A stretch of 18,337 bases of DNA from Zygophlyctis sp. KS116 (taxonomy: Eukaryota; Fungi; Chytridiomycota), in assembly GCA_054661495.1 (NCBI GenBank), contig BAAFSQ010000198.1:1-18337 (forward strand), in the 5' to 3' direction. The notes below the pieces were generated by a model. That model had not been told where the DNA came from and ran no database searches. It was given only the letters and a program-made list of their open reading frames with translations. Numbering within the stretch: the first letter of the stretch is position 1; the number at the start of each line of letters is the position of its first letter. This document shows positions 8,939 through 18,337 of this stretch, piece by piece. The position numbers and the translations under genes were made by a program.

Positions 8939-10678
8939 ATGATTGTTGTATTTTTAGAAACAGTAGATCATTGTTGCCAAGACCAAGGAAAAATTAAATC
9001 AAAAGGATTACTTGCACTAGATGATAACCACTCTCTAGTAGAATGGAATTTAAAACATTTTCCTATTGGTAAAGTGTTTTTAGTCGTTAATGCATCCTGG
9101 TATTTGACTCTAAATTAAAATCAGCATACAAGAATATTCGGAAAACCTGGGCTCGGAGATGCAACATTTGCCAATTATAAACACGGGGATTTGTGATCAA
9201 GATTTGAATCAGAGGTATCAATCACTAATAATTTTATAGAGATTTGATCATGAAAAGTATACAAATATTCGGACTTTGGAATGGGTTTCCTAAAGATGAG
9301 GAAATCGTATTTATTACGTCTGATAACTGTTATGAAGGAGGAATTTATGGATCACAAGAGGGGCTATCAGAGTTTAAAGAGTCATTTATAGTTACAGATC
9401 ACTCTCATGGTAGGATATGTATGATTGGAGTGGCTGTAAAGGACTCTGATAAATTTTGGAATGGATTTTATGGACAGAATAGAATAGATTGGGAGTCGGC
9501 TGAGTCAGTGTTTTCACATTTTAGCAAATATTCCTATAGCGAATTATCAAAATCTGATATTTGGGCAAGGATAGTAACTGAAAATCAGTATAAAGACTTC
9601 TTAAACAAGTTTCCAATAACTAAAATAGCACAAAAAAGGGAAAATATTTTAGTTAAATCATATGCACGGGTTGGGTTGATTGGAAATCCCTCAGATGGCT
9701 TTTATGGAAAGACAATTTCGTTTTTACTAAAGAATTTTTATGCTGAAATCTCAATTATCCCACATTCTGATCCTAAAAACGAACAAATAGTGATTGATGA
9801 TGTTGTCAGTTTTTCATGTTCTAACTCTGTTTTATCATGTATTAAAAGGAATGGATATGATGGAGTATCTAGACTTTTGCTTGCTACCATTGTAGTTTTT
9901 TACAATTACACGATAAATTACGAAAAATGTAAACAAGGTTTTACAATTCATTATGAAACAAATATTCCAAGACAAGTTGGACTTTCTGGAAGTTCTGCTA
10001 TAGTTGTAGGACTACTCAAGGCTCTCATATTATATTATAAAATTGAAATTCCTCTAGAAATTCAAGCAAATTTAGCACTTTCAGCTGAACAAGATGAACT
10101 CCACATTGCTGCTGGGTTGCAAGATCGAGTAATCCAAACTTTCGGTGGACTCTTGTATATGGATTTTAATAAGCAAACTATGACAAAACATGGTTTTGGA
10201 ATATATGAACCACTTGACGTCAAAAAATTACCCAATCTTTGGATCGCATATTGTTCTAATCCAAAGGAATCTGGCAAAGTACATTCAAACGTAAGACAGT
10301 AAGTTTACTTTTTTTTAATTTTTTAGACGTTTTATAGATCAAGATTCTAGAGTTTTGGAGGCCATGGAAAAGTTTGCATCTTTTGCAGAACAAGCAAAGC
10401 AGGATCTTTTAAAAGGAGACTTTGAACATTTGTCATTTCTCATGAATGAGAATTTTAATCTAAGACGCAGTATTTATGGAGATGAAGTGATTGGTGAAAT
10501 GAACCTGCAAATGATTAACCTGGCACGATCATATCGAATGGCAGCCAAGTTTTGTGGATCTGGTGGTTGTATTATCGGAATGCATTGTGGTCCTCAGGAA
10601 CTGAAAGACAAGGATATTTGGGATTTTCGATTTGCATTGGCTAGGTGTGGTTTCAATTTTGCCGAGGTTAAAACGTGA
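8939..10678 (+). CDS. Glucuronokinase (GHMP kinase) fused to a degenerate N-terminal nucleotidyltransferase-like domain (GKUP-type), 4 exons, ~553 aa
   Basis: Introns at 9100-9124, 9215-9239 and 10299-10326. Glucuronokinase motifs YARVGLIGNPSDGFYGKTISF, YETNIPRQVGLSGSSAI, AGLQDRVIQ, ESGKVHSNVRQR, MNENFNLRR and KFCGSGG. Confidence 0.88.
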
Positions 10679-12667
10679 TGTCAACCAGCGAGACAACACC
10701 TCTCATTTCCCAATCTGTAGAGTTTGATTAATAAATATTTAGAATATGTCTATTCCCGAAAGGCCTGAAACTTCTGATGCTGAAGCTGAGGAAGATGGAC
10801 AATTTAGTTTCTGTACATCACAGAGGCTGCTGATTAGGTATCGAACGGGTTTTAAAGTATAGTTTTATAATATTATTTTGTATTGGTATTCTAGTGGCTG
10901 TAGCTTCTCTGTTCTTTTTGGAGATGGGAAATTCCAGTCCAAATCCACCGCTGCCTCCACGGGCGATTCAGATAACTGCTGGAAAGGCTGCAGTTTCATC
11001 AGAAAATAAGATTTGTTCTGATATCGGTGTAAAAGTCATTCATGATGGAGGATCGGCTGTTGATGCGGCCATCGCCACTACGATTTGCATTGGAACTGTC
11101 AATAGTAAGCTGGTTTGAAATAATACTCAGGCTATTCATCGGGAATTGGTGGCGGAGGCTTTGCAATTGTAAGAGAGGCTAATGGAGTTTCAAAAGCATT
11201 AGATTTTAGAGAAGAAGCTCCAAATTCTGCATATACAGACATGTTTAAGAATGATACGAGTCAAGCTGGGGGGAAAAGTGTTGCCGTTCCTGGAGAACTA
11301 AAGGGACTTGAATATATGCATAAAAAGTATGGAGTTCTTCCTTGGGATCGTCTTTTTCAGCCTTCAATCGCATTGGCAAGAGAAGGATGGGAAGTCAATC
11401 GTATTTTAGCTTCACGTTTAGTGTCGGCCAATGACACTATTTTAGGAAATCCAGAGTTTAGAAAAGTATTTGCACCAAATGGAAAGTTGCTGGTTGAGGG
11501 AGAACGGGTTAAAAGGGAAGTTTTTGCAGACACTTTGGAGATTATAGCTAAAAATGGTGCAGATGAATTTTATACGGTAAATTTTGAGAAATAATATTAG
11601 GGGTCACTAGCAAATGAATTGGTGTCATTTATAAACGAGAATGGAGGAAATATGACATTGTCCGATTTTGCATCTTATAAAGTACGTGTAAATGAACCCC
11701 TTTATGGATTTTATCATGGTAAAAAGGTCGTAACAACCCCGCTTCCAGCAAGTGGACCGGTCCTGATTTCTATTCTTAATATTCTGGAGGGATTTGTTGA
11801 TTCCAAAAATGATCATTTTATCAATATTCACAGAATTGTAGAATCTTTTAAATTTGGATATGCCCAGAGAACTTATGTATTTAAATTACTTGATTTAATT
11901 AATATATAGTACGGAGATCCTGTAGATACCATATATAAAAATATTTCAGATATAGCTGCTGCGTTTATGACAAAAATGAAAGCCGAAGAAATTAGAAAGA
12001 AGATCAGTGATGTATTTTTCCTTTTTTATAATCGTAGAAAAGAACTTTCCCTGTCGATTACTATGATCCTGCTTTTGATGTCAGTGAAGACAAGGGCACT
12101 ATGCACGTTTCCGTTCTTTTGAGTGACGGTTCGGCGGTCTCCTTGACTTCTACTATAAATCTTTTATTCGGATCCAAGCTCATGAATCCTGCAACTGGGA
12201 TTATTCTTAACAACGAGATGGATGATTTTTCTGTTCCAGGAACAAAAAATTATTTCGGTCTACCTCCATCTCCATACAATTTTATTCAGCCAGGTAAAAG
12301 ACCTCTATCTTCCTGTATTCCGACTATTGTAGAAACTGATGGTGAAGTAAATGTAGTGATTGGTGCATCAGGCGGATCAATGATAACATCGTCCGTGATA
12401 AATGTTTTACTATCAATACTCAACTTTCACAAGGATCCTTTAGCCTCTCTATTAGAACCGCGAATTCACCATCAGCTTATTCCCAATGGTGTAGTTACTG
12501 AGCCTGAATTTGATGGTATAGTAGAAGAAGCACTTAAAAGGCGCGGGCATGCAGTTATGCGATTAGACAAATATATGACTGGAGTTGGAGTCATTGAAAG
12601 AAAAAGTAATGGGCTAATTTTGGCTGCTGGTGACTGGAGAAAAGGCGGCGAAGCTTCGGGATATTAG
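10678..12667 (+). CDS. GGT: Gamma-glutamyl transpeptidase (vacuolar type II membrane, Ecm38-like), 7 exons, ~609 aa
   Basis: Introns at 10717-10742, 10838-10862, 11105-11130, 11577-11600, 11877-11909 and 12012-12037. It has an N-terminal ETTPLI sorting signal, a TM helix, GGSAVDAAIA, SSGIGGGGF, DFRE, VAVPGE, the catalytic G-T-MHVS (Thr codon at 12098), LNNEMDDFS and PGKRPLSS. An alternative in-frame start is ATG 10746. Confidence 0.92.
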
Positions 12668-13014
12668 TTTACTGTTCCTTTTAAAGTTGTTATTAGAAAA
12701 GAAATTAAACAATTTAACTAAATATTTAAGGCGTTATTTAGAAAGTACTTATATACCGAGAATGAGTATGAATCGCCGGGCTTTCAAGATTGTCCGAACA
12801 TGCTCATCAATGTCACGATCTAGAATTGAAATGAAAAAGTAAGCACAGCCAAAGTAGCAATAGATGGATACTTTTGTTTTATATAATATTTTAAAAATAT
12901 CTTTTTAACTGCGCCAAATGTTTAAGAAAGATCTTTGATTGCCATGCAAAAGTTACCAACTAGAGATTTCGGACATAGGCTAATCGGGGCAATTCAAATA
13001 GGAAGAGTTCCACC

Positions 13015-14043
13015 ATGAAGAACAGTGTAGCAGCTATTTACATACAATCTTTTTATCGCGGCTATAGGACAAGAATTCTGATAAGACACATGCATATTGC
13101 TGCAATACAGATTCAGAAAGTATATCGTGGATTCGTTGTCCGGACAAGAATGCGCCCAAAAAGAGCAATTTTTCAGCATAGAAATTTAATTGATAATCAG
13201 ATTCAAGATACCGAGAAGAGAATATTTCTTTTAGAATCCCAAATGAGGGGATTGTCCCAGGCGAATGCCAGTCGAATGCTTCAGTATGAGTCTGAGAGAC
13301 GCGAACGGGCAGCTAGAGTTATTCAAACACATTTCAAAGGATATCTGGCCAGAAAAGTATATTCAAGGGCTACATCTCCGATTAAATCAGTGCTGGGAGA
13401 TGATGACAAGGCTGTTGATTCAGAGGACTCAAGAAGAAAGGAGCTGCAATTATGGGATGCCGATGAAGAAGAAATGGAGTTGGAAAATGCTATCGGTTCA
13501 ATTGTCAATAGGATGCATAAAGATCAATTTGTACATGATTCACTCTTGGGATTATATGGTGGTGTTAGCCGTGAAATTTCAGTCATTAATCAAGAGATAA
13601 GTAAAGACAGAAAGTTAACTGCCAATTCTATTGTATCGAAATTACAAGTTTTGCATTCTCTTCTTGATGATTACTATGGTAAAGTAGATGATAATCCGAG
13701 TGCAGGAAATCTTAATAATAATCTGATCGCTGAATGTTCGTCTTTGAGGAATGAAATCGAAGATATAGTGAATATCGTAAAAGATGGTATCTTTATTTAA
13801 ATAATTTTAGTGAATTCAGGGAATATAAATGAAAAATCATTGGAGGCTTTATTGTCATTTAAAGTGCCACCAAAACTAGCGTCTGTTAATCATCAGGAAA
13901 ATAAAAGAAAGTCAAAGTTGATGAATTTAAATTGGTGGGATTTAGTCGAACTATATTGCCAAAATGACCAAGAAGTGGATTCAATTCTGGAATTATTACA
14001 TGATGAAGACAACAAATCTTCAAGTAATAACGTGTACAAATAG
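13015..14043 (+). CDS. IQ calmodulin-binding motif protein, IQCB1/NPHP5-like (C-terminal half), 2 exons, ~334 aa
   Basis: Intron at 13787-13810. Three IQ motifs (IQSFYRGYRTR, IQKVYRGFVVR, IQTHFKGYLARK) flank a coiled coil, and a C-terminal WW dipeptide occurs as in IQCB1. The start context is CCACCATG. Confidence 0.65.
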
Positions 14044-14115
14044 ATTTTAATTGCAAAAGACAGTTATTATTTATAGCAACAGAAATATAATGAAAAAAGA
14101 ATTTTGGCCAATTAT

Positions 14116-15369
14116 CTAATGATTGTGGCGAAAATAGTCAAGCTGATTCGGAAGTAGGCCAAGATCTTTATCCTTCCACTGATTATGAGAAATTACGTCA
14201 ATGTCGGATTCATTTTTTACCAAGATCATAGAAACTCCAGTTGAATGTGACTTCTCATGTTTTTTAAGAGATCTTGAATGATAATATGCCTTCTTACATC
14301 CTGGAAATGAGCAAATATATGGCTTAACATTTGAATGAATCTTTGCGTGAGTAGAAAGTCCATCCTGCCTAGAGAATTTCCTGCTACATCCAGGAAAATT
14401 ACAAACAAAAGGACGCTCTCCTGTATGAATACGTATATGATTATGAATCTTGTGCCTTTTAGCAAACGGCAATCCTTTTCTTGGACAATTTCTCCATCCA
14501 CAATAATACTCACCGAGTCCCGACTAAATAATTAAATTTTGAGTAATTACCCCAACATGATCATCAGAAATATGATTCACCAATTCTGTTTGTTCTGAAA
14601 AAATCCGATGACATTCATTCCATAAACAGATATGTTCATCGGGATCCTCTTCTTTGACACCTGCTGGTGGGTAAAATAATCTTGAAAACTGCTTTATACC
14701 AATTTCAGGCATTGGATTATCCAAAAGCCCTAGAAAATCAGCATTAGAACTAATTGAAATATCCCTTGCTGGCAAAGGAGGTGTAATAATAGATGATTGT
14801 ATAGAAGAACAATTTGAATCATGACGTTTATGCCGATATGAATCAAATGAGCTTCCCAATCTTCCCACAATATCTAAGAACCCTTCATTAGAAGACTTTT
14901 TATGTAAGAATCCTTGAGGAGGGAGCCTTGAAGCACATAATTGATCTAATTGACTTGTAGAGTGATGTGCCTTCTCATGAATACTTTTCCGTCTGAGTAA
15001 AAGATTTGGATCAATTGTCCTTGGCCTTTGAGGAATAGTCAATAAGTCATCAAAGTTGAGTTGTTCCTGGTAGTCCATGCTACTAAAACTCTGCTTGATA
15101 CCTTGATCAGTGCGAAAAGGCGATGTCTCTGGAGTGGGGAAATCACTAAATAGTGAAGATACCGGAGTCATTGCAGATCCTTGACCAAAAGGAGACAAAG
15201 TATTAGCAGATAATGATCTTCCATGTTTAGAGACAGGAGGACTCAGCAACCCATCGCCCGTCAGAGCCTTTCCGATTGATGGAATGATTGCATTATCCTT
15301 TAGATTAATTAATGATTCAGATGCCAGATCATCATCTGGTCTGCTTCCAGCCCACATTTCTGAATTCAT
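14116..15369 (-). CDS. GLI/ZIC/GLIS-like C2H2 zinc-finger transcription factor (tandem CWCH2 fingers), 2 exons, ~408 aa
   Basis: The intron at 14524-14550 joins CLWNEC...HISDDH to CGWRNC...HIRIHTGERPFVC..PGC...H..IH..KPYIC..PGC.KAY.H.RSLKKH. Four fingers follow an S/P-rich N-terminus. Confidence 0.88.
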
Positions 15370-15427
15370 GGAAAAGAATTTTTTGTTTCAAATTTTTGTT
15401 GTTTCAAATTTTGGTTAGGAGTGACTT

Positions 15428-16772
15428 ATGAGTTCAGAAGTTTTGACATTTTACAAACTGCTGGAAAGCCTGACATCCTCACTATCAGAGACTCATGTCA
15501 AGAGTAAAATAATCGAATCGCTTGAACGTCTGGAAGATCATGCAATCGTTTTTAAAAAACAGGAACTAAACACTTTTTTAATGCAAGTCTGTAAAAGGGT
15601 GGGACTGCAATACATCACCGATGAGATGACTGACAGCTTAACATTATGCGGGAATATTTTTGTTTTTGATGTATGCCATACCCGATAATAATTAGATTAA
15701 TCCAAAATCTGCTCAAAGTGAAATCAGGGCAAAAGTGTCACTTGCGTCTCACTTGCAAGTCTCTCTACTTGAAAATTATTTATCAGATTTGCTGAAAGAC
15801 GGGAAATGGTGGAAGTTTACAAAAGCATTTGAATATCTTTCTTTTTTAGATCAACAGTCATCGGCGGGGAAAATTGATCTTTTTAAATATCAATTTGGAT
15901 TGGAGAAAGATTGGAAAATGATTGCGGATTATGAAGCAGGTCTCATGAATGATTTAGATTCAAAAGTTGCGGGGCATGGCAAAATATCAGTTTTTGATAA
16001 AAATTATGGAGTAGTTTTAGAGTATTACCAAAACTATACTGCAAACGTGACTATAACTAAATCAGAGAATTTCTCTTTGAGGCTTTTGCCAGATGCTGCT
16101 GATCAGTATTTAAAGTAAATATTTTAAAACAAAACTTTTAGATCTACAATTCATGGGATTGATTTTCATGAAGGGCAAGATTGTTCTGGGAATATAATTT
16201 ACAGCTTATTACTTAAACCAAAAGTATTGTTGTCAGTGAATGGGATGAATGAGCTAAGGGGAAGTAATCAAGTTCATGTCAGCAGTAGTATGCAAGAGCA
16301 GGTTTTGTATTTTTCTAAATTGGTACGGATATTCTTATAGTTAATCATAGATTTCAAAAATTCAAGACAATGATTCTGATGCATATATGATTGGGGAGAT
16401 CCCATTTGAACATCCTTCACAAGTATACAATATTTTATCTATTTTGCGTAAGCAACTAACCTTTAACACTCTGGTGGCCAGTTGTATCCAAGGTATTTAA
16501 AAGGTTCAAGTAATATCAAAGATGGCAGAAAGGATGGTTCAAAACCATTAATCACAATTATTGAAAATGATTTCTTTAGTATCCTTCATATCAGATTCTA
16601 TCATCGAAAAGAACCGCACATATACTATCTGAAAATACAAGTCAATGATTCAAATTCCATTAATTATCAAGTAGAATCACAAGGTCAAATTGTGCAGCTG
16701 CGCGGAGTGAACAAGCTTCTAACAGAACAGCTATGTATTCCAGAATTTATAAACAGTCTTGAAATCGATTAA
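15428..16772 (+). CDS. MED1: Mediator complex subunit 1 (Med1 domain), 5 exons, ~411 aa
   Basis: Introns at 15671-15695, 16115-16141, 16323-16350 and 16493-16521. The spliced protein contains TLCGNIFVFDI and the Med1 signature IPFEHPSQVYNILSILRKQLTFNTLVASC. Confidence 0.85.
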
Positions 16773-17584
16773 TCTTTTCTTTTGCTCTTTTTACTTTCTG
16801 AAATCAAGTTATTCCCTTCTAGCAATGATCTCGCCGTTTGATTAATATCTTTGAATCTCTGCGGTCCTAAAAGTGTTCCTCCAAACCTAAAAGTTGAATA
16901 TTGATTGTATTACCATCTTGAGACCATAATATACACATTTATGCATTCGGCAGATTGAAGCATATGTAATAGTCTTTTCCCAGCAGCAACTTCTCCATCA
17001 TCATTATATTCTTCACGAACTTTTTGAGAACCAAGATCCATAATTCTGTATGCAGTTATATTATGCGTGGCCTTTGAAATCTTCTTGTCCGACTTGAGGT
17101 AGTTTTCCACCAAATCTATTTCATCAAGAGAAGAAACCGACGCACAATGAGCAATAAAAACAGATTTTTTGTCTATAAGAGGATTTGAAGAATGATATAT
17201 TGTCGGACATCCCAAAGGCAAATCTATTGTTTCCTCTGGTAAATCATCTTTCACAAGAGATTCCGCAAAACTTGGATCAGCCTCATCAATAGATAGGTCC
17301 AGCCCCATCAGATATTGTATCCAGTCAAAAGCTACTACTTGTCCAGGAACAAAAAGAGAAAGCATGATTTTATCTAAATCAATGGGCAATTTGTGTTTTG
17401 CAACTCCATGAACAGAAAAGAATGGCGGACAATTTGGATAATCCATCGGGAAATCAAGAATTAGCTGAAAAGTCTCTAAATCTACAATGCATCTTCTATC
17501 CTCGGTCCATTTTAATTGATCTAAGAAAGCAGATGTCAAGACGAGTTTCTCATCGTCAAATTCACTCATAAAAAATTCAAACAT
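16769..17584 (-). CDS. IMPACT: IMPACT/Yih1 (RWD + UPF0029/Ancient domain), 2 exons, ~262 aa
   Basis: RWD motif FPMDYPNCPP, plus DKKSVFIAH, KATHNITAYR and DDGEVAAGKRLL. The intron at 16887-16913 restores VSRWFGGTLLGPQRFKDIN. The start may be ATG 17569. Confidence 0.92.
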
Positions 17585-17666
17585 TCTATTCTATCAATTA
17601 CCAAGCAATCAATGTTTATAATCATAAATATGAGTAATGCATTTCAATAGCGGCTGGTAAATCGAA

Positions 17667-17966
17667 TCATAGTCTTTTCAGAAAGCCCAAAGCTCTGAAT
17701 TTATATCTGTCTTCTATTGCTTGATGTCGCATTAGCCTATTTCTCCTTCCGACATTTAAACTCTCCATACTTTTATGTTTTAAGCTTCTTTTGTGATTAA
17801 ACTTATCAACAGGTTTAATCATGGAGTGATTCCCCTTGCGTAATAGTGTATCAGAGTATATAATAAAGTTTTTATCGGCCAGATCTAATTCAATAGAGTC
17901 TTCTACTCTCTTAGATCTACCAAGAAACGAAAATACTCCTACGAAAAACTCTGCATATGATTTCAT
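17667..17966 (-). CDS. Small basic hypothetical protein, 99 aa
   Basis: ATG-initiated ORF filling most of the gap between IMPACT and a GC-richer putative promoter. No recognisable motif. Confidence 0.4.
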   Translation of the reverse strand: MKSYAEFFVGVFSFLGRSKRVEDSIELDLADKNFIIYSDTLLRKGNHSMIKPVDKFNHKRSLKHKSMESLNVGRRNRLMRHQAIEDRYKFRALGFLKRL

Positions 17967-18122
17967 TTATATAATTAATTGGAGATGCGGCGCAACTAGC
18001 CGCAGATTCTAGAGCGGCAAAAACGGCATAAACGGCAATTTATTTATTGGATCTGGGGTTAATATAGTTTCCAGTTAGGATTAATGATGATTATCTGACT
18101 AAAGTGGTTTGATGAAAATTTC

Positions 18123-18337
18123 ATGACCATGTTTAGTAAGGTCAATTTTGATAAATACTTAACAATATAGACGCCCACATTAAAATATTTTCCTATTATT
18201 ATTTGCTTTCAGATTAAGGTAATTTCTGCTGAAGAGTGGGAAGAAGAGTTCCCATCAACCGAAGCAAACCTGCAGCAACTACGTATGTTACTTAGGATAA
18301 ATAAAATAATGTAGATGGTTTCATGAAAATGGCACCA
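18123..18337 (+). CDS. Possible 5' part of a hypothetical gene running off the window
   Basis: ATG 18123/18129 with putative introns at 18141-18170 and 18283-18314 gives an open frame: MTMFSK|TPTLKYFP...EEWEEEFPSTEANLQQLH|GFMKMAP. Confidence 0.35.

Noticed and set aside
12762-12807. SECIS element downstream of GGT
   Set aside because: Helix II and apical AA geometry do not fit, and no in-frame TGA is needed in the adjacent genes.
12944-13014. Upstream exon for the IQ gene from ATG 12944 via a 23-nt GC-AG intron
   Set aside because: The donor is non-canonical and weak, it would be shorter than any other intron here, and it adds no recognisable sequence.
1202-14535. Short antisense or alternate-frame ORFs (e.g. 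1202-1384, 1474-1677, 2114-2326, 3448-3654, 7169-7474, 10062-10277, 13265-13600, 14226-14513)
   Set aside because: They are shadows of well-supported genes and have no motifs.
1101-16913. Fragmented ORFs as pseudogenes, programmed frameshifts or stop-codon reassignment
   Set aside because: Every break is resolved by a GT-AG intron of consistent size, and TAA, TAG and TGA are all used as genuine terminators.
18084-18115. Box C/D-like words ATGATGA, CTGA and TGATGA
   Set aside because: Spacing is too tight for a guide sequence, and there is no suitably placed terminal box D or closing stem.

Overview
AT-rich, extremely compact eukaryotic genomic DNA using the standard code. The source is most plausibly a zoosporic (flagellated) early-diverging fungus. 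This is an inference from centriolar/ciliary CCDC57- and IQCB1-like genes, a chytrid/oomycete-type Crinkler gene and a fungal-type vacuolar GGT. The supplied ORF track is fragmented because the genes are broken by tiny GT-AG introns; I resolved 31 by hand (24-33 nt), and every spliced model is in frame. Gene order: partial TM protein (-), TACO1/YebC (+), CCDC57-like (+), FCP1 CTD phosphatase (-), decayed duplicate of the neighbouring LRR gene, Crinkler-like REase effector (+), LRR-like hypothetical (-), RraA/HMG-aldolase (-), glucuronokinase with a degenerate N-terminal nucleotidyltransferase (+), gamma-glutamyl transpeptidase (+), IQCB1-like (+), GLI/ZIC-like zinc finger (-), MED1 (+), IMPACT/YIH1 (-), a small ORF (-) and a possible partial gene (+). 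Three things stand out: operon-like packing (a TGATG stop/start overlap, a 5-nt co-directional gap, and two convergent genes sharing one TTAA stop palindrome); ultra-short introns; and a Crinkler gene sitting between two reciprocally decayed copies of a host segment. All product calls are from motif recognition, not database searches.
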